DNA from: an uncultured Desulfobacteraceae bacterium
Lineage (GTDB): Bacteria > Desulfobacterota > Desulfobacteria > Desulfobacterales > UBA11574
Direction: 5' to 3'
Length of the DNA stretch: 64,000 nucleotides
Assembly: GCA_964410925.1 (NCBI GenBank)
Contig: CAYPIW010000086.1
Coordinates: 17,605 to 81,604 of the forward strand
Shown: piece after piece, positions 37,903-47,361 of the stretch
How the letters are laid out: every line of letters begins with the position of its first letter
Position numbering within the stretch: the stretch's first letter is position 1
The notes under the pieces: model-generated
Told to the model about the DNA's origin: nothing
Databases searched by the model: none
The model's input: the letters and a program-made list of their open reading frames with translations, nothing else
Translations under genes and position numbers: made by a program

Positions 37903-39651
37903 ATGAAACCTGCACCATCTGTCCATCCACTCGGCACCCGTGCCCGCGTGTTACTATCCAGCGTCTTTGGGCCATATGCCCAAAATGACAAATACGGAAG
38001 CCGGAAAATCAATCCCATGGAACTTTATCATAACCAGGTCACAAGGCTTCAGGGCGCTTTTTCTCTCCGAATGTTTCATCGCAGCTTCGGGTTGATGTTA
38101 ATTCAGAGCAATATCCAAGCGCCGTGCACCCTTCTCGATTTTCCGTCCCTGGACCGTTTTATTCGCGAAATCGAATATCATTCCTACGACATCGTCGGCA
38201 TCAGTTCCATTATACCCAATATCGGAAAACTGAAAAAAATGTGTGAACTGGTCAGAAGATTCCTGCCAAAAGCGACGATTGTCGTTGGAGGACATGTGGC
38301 CAATAAAGGCGGTCTCAACGAAATCATTGACGCGGATCATATCGTGAAGGGAGAGGGGGTTCAATGGTTTCGCGCCTTTCTGGGACAAAATACAACCGAC
38401 GCCATAAGGCATCCCATGGTCTATTCCGGATTCGGCGCCAGAATCCTGGGGATTACGCTTCGAGACCAGCCCGGCGATACCGCCGCTGTCTTAGTTCCTT
38501 CCGTGGGGTGTCCCGTGGGCTGTAATTTTTGTTCGACGTCCGCATTATTCGGCGGCAAGGGCAAATTTATCAATTTTTACCCAACCGGCGATGAGCTGTT
38601 TTCCGTCATGTGTCAGCTGGAAGAAAAACTCAACGTTCAATCTTTTTTTACCATGGATGAAAATTTTCTCCTTCATCGAAAAAGAGCGCTGCGACTTCTT
38701 GAGTTGATGCAAAAAAACAATAAAAGCTGGTCACTGTATGTTTTCAGCTCGGCCCGGGTACTAAAATCTTATACCATTGAGCAACTGGTGGAGATGGGAA
38801 TATCCTGGGTGTGGATGGGACTGGAAGGCAAACAAAGCCAATATTCCAAGCTCAAAAATATAGACACGTTGTCTCTGGTCCGGTGTCTTCAATCCCATGG
38901 AATTCGAGTTCTGGGATCATCGATTATCGGCCTGGAAAACCATACCCCCGACAACATCCATCGTATCATCGACCACGCCCTTAGCCATCATACGGATTTT
39001 CATCAGTTTATGCTGTACACCCCGATTCCCGGGACGCCGCTGTATGAAGCGCATCAAAAACATGGAACCCTTTTGCCCGAATCGGAATTCCCGCTGGCCG
39101 ACAGCCATGGGCAGTATCGCTTTAATTACCGTCATCAACACATTCCAAACGGCCGGGAAGAACAATTCATTCTCGACGCTTTCCAGCGTGATTTTGAGGT
39201 CAACGGTCCCAGTATTGCCCGATTGATCCGAACCCTATTAAAGGGCTGGAAAAGATACAAAGACGACCCGGACAAGCGGATTCGAGACCGTTTTGCACGG
39301 GAAGTCAAGCCGCTCCGAACAACTTACGCCGCTGCGGTCTGGGCCATGAAGAAACGATTCCGGACAAACAAACGAATGGCCGCAAAAATGAATTCTCTGC
39401 TCCAGGATATTTACGAAACCTTCGACTGCAAAACAAGGGTAATCGCTCCCCTGGCAGGGATATACGTTTATGCTGTTCTTAAAAAAGAAGAAAGACGCCT
39501 GGAAAAGGGATGGACGTATGAGCCCGATTGTTTTTGCGAAAAAAATGCTGAGGCCCTGGCCCTGGAAAATGCCTCACCGCCCTGCTCCGAACCGCTATCC
39601 CCAAAAATCAGATGCGTTTCATGTAAGCCTTCCCTCGTCCCCGGCAAATAA
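37903..39651 (+). CDS. B12-binding-domain radical SAM protein (class B rSAM)
   Basis: 582 aa with an N-terminal cobalamin-binding-like Rossmann region (DIVGISSI...IVVGGHVA) and the radical SAM motif GCPVGCNFCS. Confidence 0.75.
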   Translation: MKPAPSVHPLGTRARVLLSSVFGPYAQNDKYGSRKINPMELYHNQVTRLQGAFSLRMFHRSFGLMLIQSNIQAPCTLLDFPSLDRFIREIEYHSYDIVGISSIIPNIGKLKKMCELVRRFLPKATIVVGGHVANKGGLNEIIDADHIVKGEGVQWFRAFLGQNTTDAIRHPMVYSGFGARILGITLRDQPGDTAAVLVPSVGCPVGCNFCSTSALFGGKGKFINFYPTGDELFSVMCQLEEKLNVQSFFTMDENFLLHRKRALRLLELMQKNNKSWSLYVFSSARVLKSYTIEQLVEMGISWVWMGLEGKQSQYSKLKNIDTLSLVRCLQSHGIRVLGSSIIGLENHTPDNIHRIIDHALSHHTDFHQFMLYTPIPGTPLYEAHQKHGTLLPESEFPLADSHGQYRFNYRHQHIPNGREEQFILDAFQRDFEVNGPSIARLIRTLLKGWKRYKDDPDKRIRDRFAREVKPLRTTYAAAVWAMKKRFRTNKRMAAKMNSLLQDIYETFDCKTRVIAPLAGIYVYAVLKKEERRLEKGWTYEPDCFCEKNAEALALENASPPCSEPLSPKIRCVSCKPSLVPGK

Positions 39652-40033
39652 TCTGATGTATCGATAGTTCTACAACTTATCGAAAATATAGGTTTTTAAT
39701 GGCAATCTGTTTGTGCTGTCAGAATGGAAGATCGGCCACCGGCCCCTCTTTCATCCCTATAGCTTACAGGCGGACTTGCAGTTCGCAGAAACTACAGCTC
39801 GTAGAGCAGGCCGGAGTTTTCCGGCACTGCCTTAAGAATCTCTGCAAGAGTTTGAAGTGAACTAAATCCGCTGGAATACAATGGCGGATAAAGTTTAATT
39901 TCAGATATTATGATTTATTTGACATAACAGGCTTATTTTTCTATATTCCATGACAAAAAGAGACTTTCTATCGCTGAATTGGCATTATGCTTATTTGCAT
40001 GTCTGAAAAACGGCATAGGGAAACAACTGCAAT

Positions 40034-41761
40034 ATGAAACAGCGATTTCAATGTGTGGCCGGAAGCATCATTTTTTTACTGGTGCTCTGCATCCTGACTA
40101 CCGACGGATATGCGGCAGAACGCGGTATCAATGTTGTGAAGATAATCGACGCCCAGGGGCTGGAAGTCGGTTTATATCACCAAAGCCATGCTTTGGTTAT
40201 CGGTGTCAGTAACTATAATGAAGGATGGCCTCCATTGCCGGGTGTTCAGCAGGATGTCAGGGAAGTATGCCTTGTTTTAAAGGAACATGGATTTAACGTA
40301 GAAACTGTTACCAATCCCACAAGAACGAAGTTGAACCAAGCGTTTTTAAATTTCATCAATCGGTATGGCCAAACCGTCGAAAATCGCTTGCTGTTTTATT
40401 TTGCCGGTCATGGTCATACGCGCAAGCTGGCTTACGGCGAAGATATGGGCTATATTGTGCCGGTGGATGCACCGAACCCCAGTCGTGATCCTCAGGGCTT
40501 CACCGTAAAAGCGATGGATATGCAGGAAATTGAGGTATTTGCCAAACGCATCCAGTCAAAACATGCCTTGTTCATCTTCGACAGTTGTTTTTCCGGTTCC
40601 ATTTTCTCTTTATCAAGGGCGGCCCCCGACAACATCACTTACAAAACGGCCAAGCCCGTACGCCAATTCATCACTTCCGGGAGTGCCGAGGAGAATGTCC
40701 CGGATAAAAGTGTTTTTCGCCAGCAATTCATCGCGGCTCTGAAAGGAAATGCCGATGCGGATAAGGATGGGTATGTCACGGGCATGGAACTGGGAGAATT
40801 CCTGCAGAAACAAGTAGTTAATTATTCCCATAACTGCCAGCATCCACAATATGGTAAAATTCGAAATCCTCATTTGGACAAAGGAGACTTTGTATTCGTC
40901 ATGCCCGTGCCAAAATCACTCTCCCGTCTCGTCCAAAAGCCACCCATTCCCGGTTCAACGGCTGAATCGGTCAACCCGGACACCTTTGAACTTACCTTCT
41001 GGAACTCTATTAAAGACAGTTCCAACCCGGACGATTACCTCGCCTATCTGAAACAGTATCCCAATGGCCGTTTTGCTGCATTGGCCAAAATCAGAGCAAA
41101 GCCAGCTACACAGGTAAAAGCAACCCCGGATACAAGAGTATCTCCGCAACAAATAGATACATGGTTACAGCAGGCCAAAGGGCATCTGGCCACCTCCCGG
41201 TTGACCAGCCCCAGGGGAAATAATGCCCGCGAATTATATCAGAAAGTGCTGAACATAGACCCGGACAATCCGGATGCCCGAGAGGGGCTTCACGAGATAG
41301 CCGACAAATATTTGGACTTGGCAACGCAAGCTCTTGATGAGGAAAACTTGTCCAAAGCAAAGACTTATGTGAACCGGGGTTTGGAAGTCGTAAAAGATCA
41401 TGAGGGTTTGTTGGAGTTGCAGATGGGATTAGTAACAGGGCAACCGGACTCTGATGAGCGATTCTCGCACCCTCCACCAAGTTACCCTGCACATGGTGGC
41501 ATACCCCGTAGCAATCTGAACGGTGTGTGGCAGAGCCAGGATGGAACCATCGTTTTTATAGAAGGTAACAGCTATAGGATCTCTTTAGGCAACTCTGTAA
41601 TGGATATGGGCAGCTACACCTTGCAGGGGAATCAAATTGTCGTCTATAGCATGATGGGCTTAAACAGAATCGTGAGCTACTCTTTGCAGGAAAATAAGTT
41701 AACCTTCTTTGATTATTCGAGTGGTTATCCACTGACCACTGTCTACTATCGTATGAAATAA
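40034..41761 (+). CDS. exported caspase-fold (peptidase C14) protein with TPR-like region
   Basis: Signal peptide. The caspase dyad contexts are FYFAGHGHT and IFDSCFSGS. An EF-hand-like ADADKDGYVTGMELGEF and the motif YLKQYPNGRFAALA follow. It is paralogous to 45503..47056. Confidence 0.8.
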   Translation: MKQRFQCVAGSIIFLLVLCILTTDGYAAERGINVVKIIDAQGLEVGLYHQSHALVIGVSNYNEGWPPLPGVQQDVREVCLVLKEHGFNVETVTNPTRTKLNQAFLNFINRYGQTVENRLLFYFAGHGHTRKLAYGEDMGYIVPVDAPNPSRDPQGFTVKAMDMQEIEVFAKRIQSKHALFIFDSCFSGSIFSLSRAAPDNITYKTAKPVRQFITSGSAEENVPDKSVFRQQFIAALKGNADADKDGYVTGMELGEFLQKQVVNYSHNCQHPQYGKIRNPHLDKGDFVFVMPVPKSLSRLVQKPPIPGSTAESVNPDTFELTFWNSIKDSSNPDDYLAYLKQYPNGRFAALAKIRAKPATQVKATPDTRVSPQQIDTWLQQAKGHLATSRLTSPRGNNARELYQKVLNIDPDNPDAREGLHEIADKYLDLATQALDEENLSKAKTYVNRGLEVVKDHEGLLELQMGLVTGQPDSDERFSHPPPSYPAHGGIPRSNLNGVWQSQDGTIVFIEGNSYRISLGNSVMDMGSYTLQGNQIVVYSMMGLNRIVSYSLQENKLTFFDYSSGYPLTTVYYRMK

Positions 41762-41846
41762 AGGAACAAAACTTGACCGGAAAACTTTCTCAAGCTCTTC
41801 TTAACAGGACCCGCTATTCCTGATTCCATAGAATAGGGAGTTAAGC

Positions 41847-43331
41847 GTGCAACCCGTTAAAGCCGATCGCAAACTGACAGTGTTACTCTTCTCTCTATGG
41901 TTTGTCTTCTCTCTATGGTTTGTCTTCTCAGGCTGTGTTCACTCATTCAAGGCCTTACCTGATGGTATTGATTACCAAAGCAAAGGATATTGTGCTGGTG
42001 CCGGGGATATAGAATTCCTCGTGGATTTAACGTATAAAAATACTCTTGGAAACACCTTACATGAACAGGAAATTTTTGACACGATTTTTAATCTGATTGA
42101 TAACGCCCGCAAGTACATTCTAATTGACATGTTTCTCTTCAATTCATATCAGGGCAAGGCAGAAAAAGCTTACCGCAGGCTTTGTTTTGAGCTCATGACC
42201 CGACTCGTAGAGAAGAAAAAACTGATTCCGTCGATAAAAATAGACTTTATCACCGATCCGGTGAATAATGTGTATGGCGGGGTAAAATCCAAAGAGATCG
42301 AATTAATGAGGGAAGCCGGAATCAATGTTATCTACACGGATCTTAAAAAATTACGTGACAGCAACCTGTTGTATTCCCCCATTTGGAGAATATTCATACA
42401 ATGGTTTGGCAACTCCGACAGCGGGGGTATTTTCAAACATCCTTTCAGCGAAAATGAGCCGGGCGTAACGCTAAGATCATACCTGGCTCTCTTGAATTAC
42501 AAGGCAAATCACCGGAAGGTTGTTTTGACGGATGACAGGGAACAGTGGACAAGTGTCATTACCTCCGCCAATCCCCACGACGGAAGCTCAGCTCACTCCA
42601 ATATTGCCTTGAAGATTACCGGCGACTTTTGTCGGGAGGTCTATGTTGCCGAAAAATCGATTGCCGCATTCTCCCGTGGAAAATTACATGATGTTGTCTT
42701 TGAATATGAGGATAGTGCAAATCCCGTTCAAACCAATTGTGTGTATTTATTCCTGGTGACCGAAAAAAAGATTCAAGACGAACTGATTCGACAGCTCGAG
42801 GGCCTCGGACCGGGTGACCGTGTTCTCATGGCAGTGTTTTACCTCTCGGACAGAGATATTATAAAAGCTTTGTTGAAGGCTGCCCAAGCCGGCGCGGAGG
42901 TAAAAATCATTCTTGACCCGAGCAAGGATGCGTTCGGCCGTGAGAAAAACGGCATTCCCAATCAGCCTGTGGCCTGTGAATTGATGAAAAAATCATGCAG
43001 CAAGATAAAGATCAGGTGGTACCATACCCATGGGGAGCAGTTTCACACCAAACTCACTCTGGTTGAAAAACAGAACGGTAGCGCTGTGGCTCTATTAGGA
43101 TCGGCGAATCTGACGAGAAAAAACATCGAAAATTTCAATCTGGAATTAAATGTCAAGGTCCTCGGAACTTCGTCAGCAGAAGTTATCCGGGAGATAAAGC
43201 AATATCATGATAGAGTCTGGCACAACAAGGGGGGACATTATACCGTTGATTATGAGTTCTATGAGGATAGATCCTTGAGCAAAACCTTTTTATACCGATT
43301 ATATGAATCTACGGGTATCTCCACTTTCTGA
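41847..43331 (+). CDS. phospholipase D-family (HKD) protein, membrane-anchored
   Basis: Two HKD-type motifs are present: HRKVVLTDD...SANPHDGS and HTKLTLVE...GSANLT. There is an N-terminal TM segment. Confidence 0.75.
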   Translation: MQPVKADRKLTVLLFSLWFVFSLWFVFSGCVHSFKALPDGIDYQSKGYCAGAGDIEFLVDLTYKNTLGNTLHEQEIFDTIFNLIDNARKYILIDMFLFNSYQGKAEKAYRRLCFELMTRLVEKKKLIPSIKIDFITDPVNNVYGGVKSKEIELMREAGINVIYTDLKKLRDSNLLYSPIWRIFIQWFGNSDSGGIFKHPFSENEPGVTLRSYLALLNYKANHRKVVLTDDREQWTSVITSANPHDGSSAHSNIALKITGDFCREVYVAEKSIAAFSRGKLHDVVFEYEDSANPVQTNCVYLFLVTEKKIQDELIRQLEGLGPGDRVLMAVFYLSDRDIIKALLKAAQAGAEVKIILDPSKDAFGREKNGIPNQPVACELMKKSCSKIKIRWYHTHGEQFHTKLTLVEKQNGSAVALLGSANLTRKNIENFNLELNVKVLGTSSAEVIREIKQYHDRVWHNKGGHYTVDYEFYEDRSLSKTFLYRLYESTGISTF

Positions 43332-43388
43332 AAATTGCACTTTACCATCATAATTAATCCAACCGCCTGAAAAATACTTATACGATCG

Positions 43389-44600
43389 GTGACTGTCAAC
43401 GATACTGCAGGTTTTTTGCAGGAGGCAATAATGGTAAACTTTTTACGGAAAAACCTGTCTTTCCTGGCAAATAACCCAATGTTCAAGGGGTTGTCCAATG
43501 ACCAGCTTGAAGAGGTCATCCAAGTGCTGGAAGAAGTGCATGTCAAGGCAGGAGAAATAATAACTATGGAGGGAAATCCCGCATCAGAACTCTATTTCAT
43601 AAAAAGTGGTACCGCAGAAGTTTTTAAGAAAGAACCCGGGATTGATTATGAACATCGGCTGTCAGCACTGTCACCGGGCGACAGCATCGGTGAAATGCCG
43701 GTTCTGGATTGCAAACCTCGTTCGGCTTCTGTCCGGGCGGTTTCGGATTGTTCCCTTTTACTGCTTAAAAATGACAAACTACAATCCCTTTCAGCGGCCG
43801 AAGAATCCGCCTATTCCAAGATCAAAAGCAATCTGAGTTGTGAAATGAGTGAGCGCTTACGTCAGACCAACGAAATGACGGTACGTTCCTTACGAATACA
43901 GCTGGCCGAAGAAAAATCCAGAGTCTCTATGGGAATTCTCATCTGCATGCTGCTGGTGGGAATATGTTTGTATGTGTTCTCTCTACAGGTTATTGCATCT
44001 TGGGCCAAGGCGGCGTCAACAACTACGGTAGTTAGCGTAAACATTATCTTCCTGTTTGCGGCAATGTCTTTTTTTGTTATTAAAAAAGGTGGTTATCCCT
44101 TTAGTATGTACGGTCTCACTACGGATAACTGGCGCCAATCGGTGATGGAGTCTATTCTGTTTCTGGTCCCTATTCTACTATTCTTATACGTTCTGAAATG
44201 GGTTTACCTGACCCGGCTCTCCGGCATGCAGGAATATCCGTTGATATCCCTGGGACAACATTTAAAACTAAGCAAAATCGGCCTCATCATCACTTGTTTA
44301 GCCTATTCGCTGTTCGCCCCTGTGCAGGAATTTATCGCCAGGGGATGCTTTCAATCTTCCTTTCAAAATTTCCTGACAGGCAAATATAGAACTTTGACTG
44401 CCATTGTTATTTCAAATCTTATGTTCAGTATGACCCATCTTCGCATCTCCATCAGTTTTGCTCTGGTAGCCTTTATTCCCGGACTTTTCTGGGGGTGGCA
44501 ATATGGACGTCATAAAACGCTCATCGGAATTTCAATTTCACATATTATCATCGGCCTATCCGCTTCTATTTTCATTGGGTTCCCGGGAGTTTTATCATAA
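43389..44600 (+). CDS. cyclic-nucleotide-binding domain fused to a CPBP (CAAX/Abi) intramembrane protease domain
   Basis: The cNMP-binding beta-roll is NPASELYFIKSGTAEV...GDSIGEMPVLDCKPRSASVRA. About 6 TM segments follow, with CPBP-like motifs PVQEFIARG, MFSMTHL and ISISHIIIG. An alternative start is MVNFLRK at 43431. Confidence 0.65.
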   Translation: MTVNDTAGFLQEAIMVNFLRKNLSFLANNPMFKGLSNDQLEEVIQVLEEVHVKAGEIITMEGNPASELYFIKSGTAEVFKKEPGIDYEHRLSALSPGDSIGEMPVLDCKPRSASVRAVSDCSLLLLKNDKLQSLSAAEESAYSKIKSNLSCEMSERLRQTNEMTVRSLRIQLAEEKSRVSMGILICMLLVGICLYVFSLQVIASWAKAASTTTVVSVNIIFLFAAMSFFVIKKGGYPFSMYGLTTDNWRQSVMESILFLVPILLFLYVLKWVYLTRLSGMQEYPLISLGQHLKLSKIGLIITCLAYSLFAPVQEFIARGCFQSSFQNFLTGKYRTLTAIVISNLMFSMTHLRISISFALVAFIPGLFWGWQYGRHKTLIGISISHIIIGLSASIFIGFPGVLS

Positions 44601-44640
44601 AGAAATCCGTTCATAAGAATCCCGGTTACCATCGAATCTC

Positions 44641-45390
44641 CTAACGCCAGCCGCCGGGCAGTATGGTGAAGTCGGAAAATGTGACTTCAACCGGTTGCGC
44701 GCTCCAGGTTTTAACAATCATCCCAACACGATTCAGATTATCTTTGGCCGTGGTCAGAATACTACCGAGATCCTGCCATGCGTCCGCCCCGGCCAACCGA
44801 ACCCAGAACCGAAACGTGGTTCCTGTCTTTGCAACCCGAAGCAAGCCGGAGGTTCCTTCATATTTGATCAGAAACTCACCCGCGTTGTCTGGGATCTTTG
44901 CAAGATCGTAATGAGCACCAGTACAGTCATCCCGATAAGACCCGGAAATAACAACGTCATTGGTCCCGGCCGGACCAAAATAAAGGGCGTATGCAGGTTT
45001 GTCTTCGTTGCCATTCCATAAGACTATACCCACATGGCTGTTTCCAACACGTTCCGGCATCTGAAATCTGACATGGGCGATCCAGGTTTCCCGCGGCGGT
45101 GCTTCAACCGTCAACATGGGGGCCAGTCCCCGGTCGCAGTCCCAAATGTTATGTTCCCCGTTCGCCTTCATAAGCACAGTGTTACCAAGAATCTGATGCA
45201 TGGAGTCGCCCTGGGGATCACTCCACTCGAAATCGGAGAACTTTATCCCGGAAAAGACTTCCGACTCACCGTTTTCCAGCCGGGTGAAATAGGACGGCAT
45301 CCATTGCCGGATTCCTGCTACGCCCACCGCCACCTTAAAATCAGAAAAACTAACACTCACGGGATTGCCCGCCCAGGTCTTGCTAATCAT
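44641..45390 (-). CDS. beta-sandwich repeat protein, likely the detached C-terminal part of the upstream caspase gene
   Basis: 249 aa. Residues about 55-249 repeat the C-terminal extension of 45503..47056 (SDPQGDSMHQILGNTVLMKANGEHNIWDCDRGLAPMLTVEAP vs SNPQGDGMYKIDGKWIHMRANGGRNIWDCNRGQAPMLTVKAP). Confidence 0.55.
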   Translation of the reverse strand: MISKTWAGNPVSVSFSDFKVAVGVAGIRQWMPSYFTRLENGESEVFSGIKFSDFEWSDPQGDSMHQILGNTVLMKANGEHNIWDCDRGLAPMLTVEAPPRETWIAHVRFQMPERVGNSHVGIVLWNGNEDKPAYALYFGPAGTNDVVISGSYRDDCTGAHYDLAKIPDNAGEFLIKYEGTSGLLRVAKTGTTFRFWVRLAGADAWQDLGSILTTAKDNLNRVGMIVKTWSAQPVEVTFSDFTILPGGWR

Positions 45391-45502
45391 GCCGATCCGA
45401 TTGAATCCGTCTTTGACCGTTGTTAAAACAGAGCCCAGTTCCTGCCATTGTTTCTTAAAAGGTGACCTGAAGAAGAAACTGTAGGTGTCGGCATTTCGAA
45501 CC

Positions 45503-47056
45503 TCACCCAGGCTCTGTCCATGTTTGGGTTACGGGTGCTTTTACCGTCAGCATGGGCGCCTGTCCGCGATTGCAGTCCCAGATATTGCGCCCTCCGTTGG
45601 CCCGCATGTGAATCCACTTGCCATCAATTTTATACATACCGTCTCCCTGTGGATTGCTGAACTGCCAGGCATTGGCGGAGACACGGCCCTCTCCTGTTTC
45701 CTGGATAATCTTTTCTGAGGCCGAAGCCGAATCTTTTGGAGATATTGCAGATAGTTCTGCTCCTGAAATGAATAAATTACCCAGCTCTTCCTGGGCCGAG
45801 ATTTTAAAGGAAGGTTTCGTTTGAGAAAGTGCTTTTGGTGCCCATTCGTCCTGTTTGCCCCCCCCCGCTTCAGAGATTTCCTGAGCGGACGATATTTGTA
45901 AGGGAATTGCCTGTTCTTCGCTCTTTACCTCCGGCGCCACAACTTTTCGTTTTTCTTTAAGATCGCCAGTTTTCCGTGCATTGAGAGACTCGATCTTTTT
46001 ATGTGCAACGGCCGCAAAATTACCATTGGGATATTTTTGAAGGTAGCCCTCAAAATCAGCGGGGCTTTCACTGGCAGCCACCGATGCCCAGTAAGTTATT
46101 TCGACCATGGCGTCCTCACCGGTTGGAACCACGGAAGACAGACGTGCCGTTTCACTTTCCGGCGCCAGGTGGCCGGGCAAAAGAAAAACAAAGTCGCCCC
46201 GGTCAAAATCAGGGTCACGGAGCTTACCGTAGCGGGGGGTTTGGGCCTGCTCCGTTAAATTTGTGATCCGGTCGGAGAGATACATGCCCATCTCACTGGC
46301 GGTAAGGTAGCCGTCTCTGTTGGCATCGGCCCGCTCTTCGCCCCGTATTCCGCGCAGGAACAACTTTCGAAACGCACCGTCGTCGCTAACGGTTTGATTG
46401 GCGTCACCCGAACTGAGAAACTGGCGGACAGGCAGGGTAGTTGCCCGGGTAATCGAGGCCGGAACGGCTCCGGCACGGGCTTCAGAAATGGTGCCAGCAA
46501 AACACCTGTCGAAAATGGCGAATACATGTTTGGATTCTGCCAGCCGCATGAACCCGGCAAAGTCACGCATATGGATTGCTTTCAACTTAAACTCCGGTGA
46601 GATCGGTTGCGGTGCATCGACCGGAACCAGAAAGCCTTCACCCTTGATGGTGTGTCCATGGCCGGCAAACCAAAGAAACAGCCTGGCCTCCGGATCGGAC
46701 CCCTTGATCGCAAAAAAATTCTTCAGGCTTTGTTGAAGTTCATTTGATTTAAGATCTTTCTTGAATATAACCTCAAATCCGCGGTTCTCCAATTCGGTTG
46801 CCACCTCACGGGCATCTGATACGGCATTATGAAGCGGAGGCCATCCGCTCGTATACGTATCGATACCGATAACCAACGCATAGCTTTTATCATAGAGTTT
46901 AAGCGTCTCGGTCACCGGGGCGCTGATGCTATCCTCCGCTCGGATTTTTACGATGATCCCCCGGTCTTGAGCATGAGCAGCCCGAAAGCCGATAGAGGCG
47001 ATCCATACAACCATGGTCAATAACAAGCCAACTCTGTTTAAACTCAACATCTGCAT
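45503..47056 (-). CDS. exported caspase-fold (peptidase C14) protein, C-terminal domain truncated
   Basis: Signal peptide. The dyad contexts are LWFAGHGHT and IFDRCFAGT. ADANRDGYLTASEMGMY and YLQKYPNGNFAAVA follow. The frame ends inside a beta-sandwich repeat. The start is placed at MQMLSL. Confidence 0.75.
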   Translation of the reverse strand: MQMLSLNRVGLLLTMVVWIASIGFRAAHAQDRGIIVKIRAEDSISAPVTETLKLYDKSYALVIGIDTYTSGWPPLHNAVSDAREVATELENRGFEVIFKKDLKSNELQQSLKNFFAIKGSDPEARLFLWFAGHGHTIKGEGFLVPVDAPQPISPEFKLKAIHMRDFAGFMRLAESKHVFAIFDRCFAGTISEARAGAVPASITRATTLPVRQFLSSGDANQTVSDDGAFRKLFLRGIRGEERADANRDGYLTASEMGMYLSDRITNLTEQAQTPRYGKLRDPDFDRGDFVFLLPGHLAPESETARLSSVVPTGEDAMVEITYWASVAASESPADFEGYLQKYPNGNFAAVAHKKIESLNARKTGDLKEKRKVVAPEVKSEEQAIPLQISSAQEISEAGGGKQDEWAPKALSQTKPSFKISAQEELGNLFISGAELSAISPKDSASASEKIIQETGEGRVSANAWQFSNPQGDGMYKIDGKWIHMRANGGRNIWDCNRGQAPMLTVKAPVTQTWTEPG

Positions 47057-47361
47057 CCTCCCTGGTTGCGGCCTTCTCAACGGTTTCTTATTACGGCAAA
47101 GCTCTGCCAAATATCCTAACCATATATAAAAGAACCTGCTTAAATATGGAAAAAAGTCAAGCGGTTTTGATTAAATTAAACCGGGGGAAAAAATATTTTC
47201 AGGCCACTTGATTACAATTATAAAATGTATTCTTTATTGACGTTTAAATATTAGATGATGTAGATTGTTTTTATGATATCGTGCTGGTATTCATATCGCG
47301 TAATTTGCTGATATCATACTATATTTATACAGAAAATCCTGCAGGAAACAAGGCGTATCAA

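Noticed and set aside
39979-40212. 77-aa ORF considered as a possible precursor peptide for the B12-rSAM enzyme.
   Set aside because: It overlaps the signal-peptide-encoding start of the caspase gene in another frame, and it lies about 330 nt downstream of the rSAM stop with no coupling.
44641-45390. Bacterial gasdermin-like partner of the adjacent caspase protease, suggested by the size of about 250 aa and the position next to a C14 gene.
   Set aside because: The sequence is a repeat of the caspase protein's own C-terminal beta-sandwich domain. It is joined to that protein by frame-shifted remnants, so it is a detached domain and not a gasdermin.
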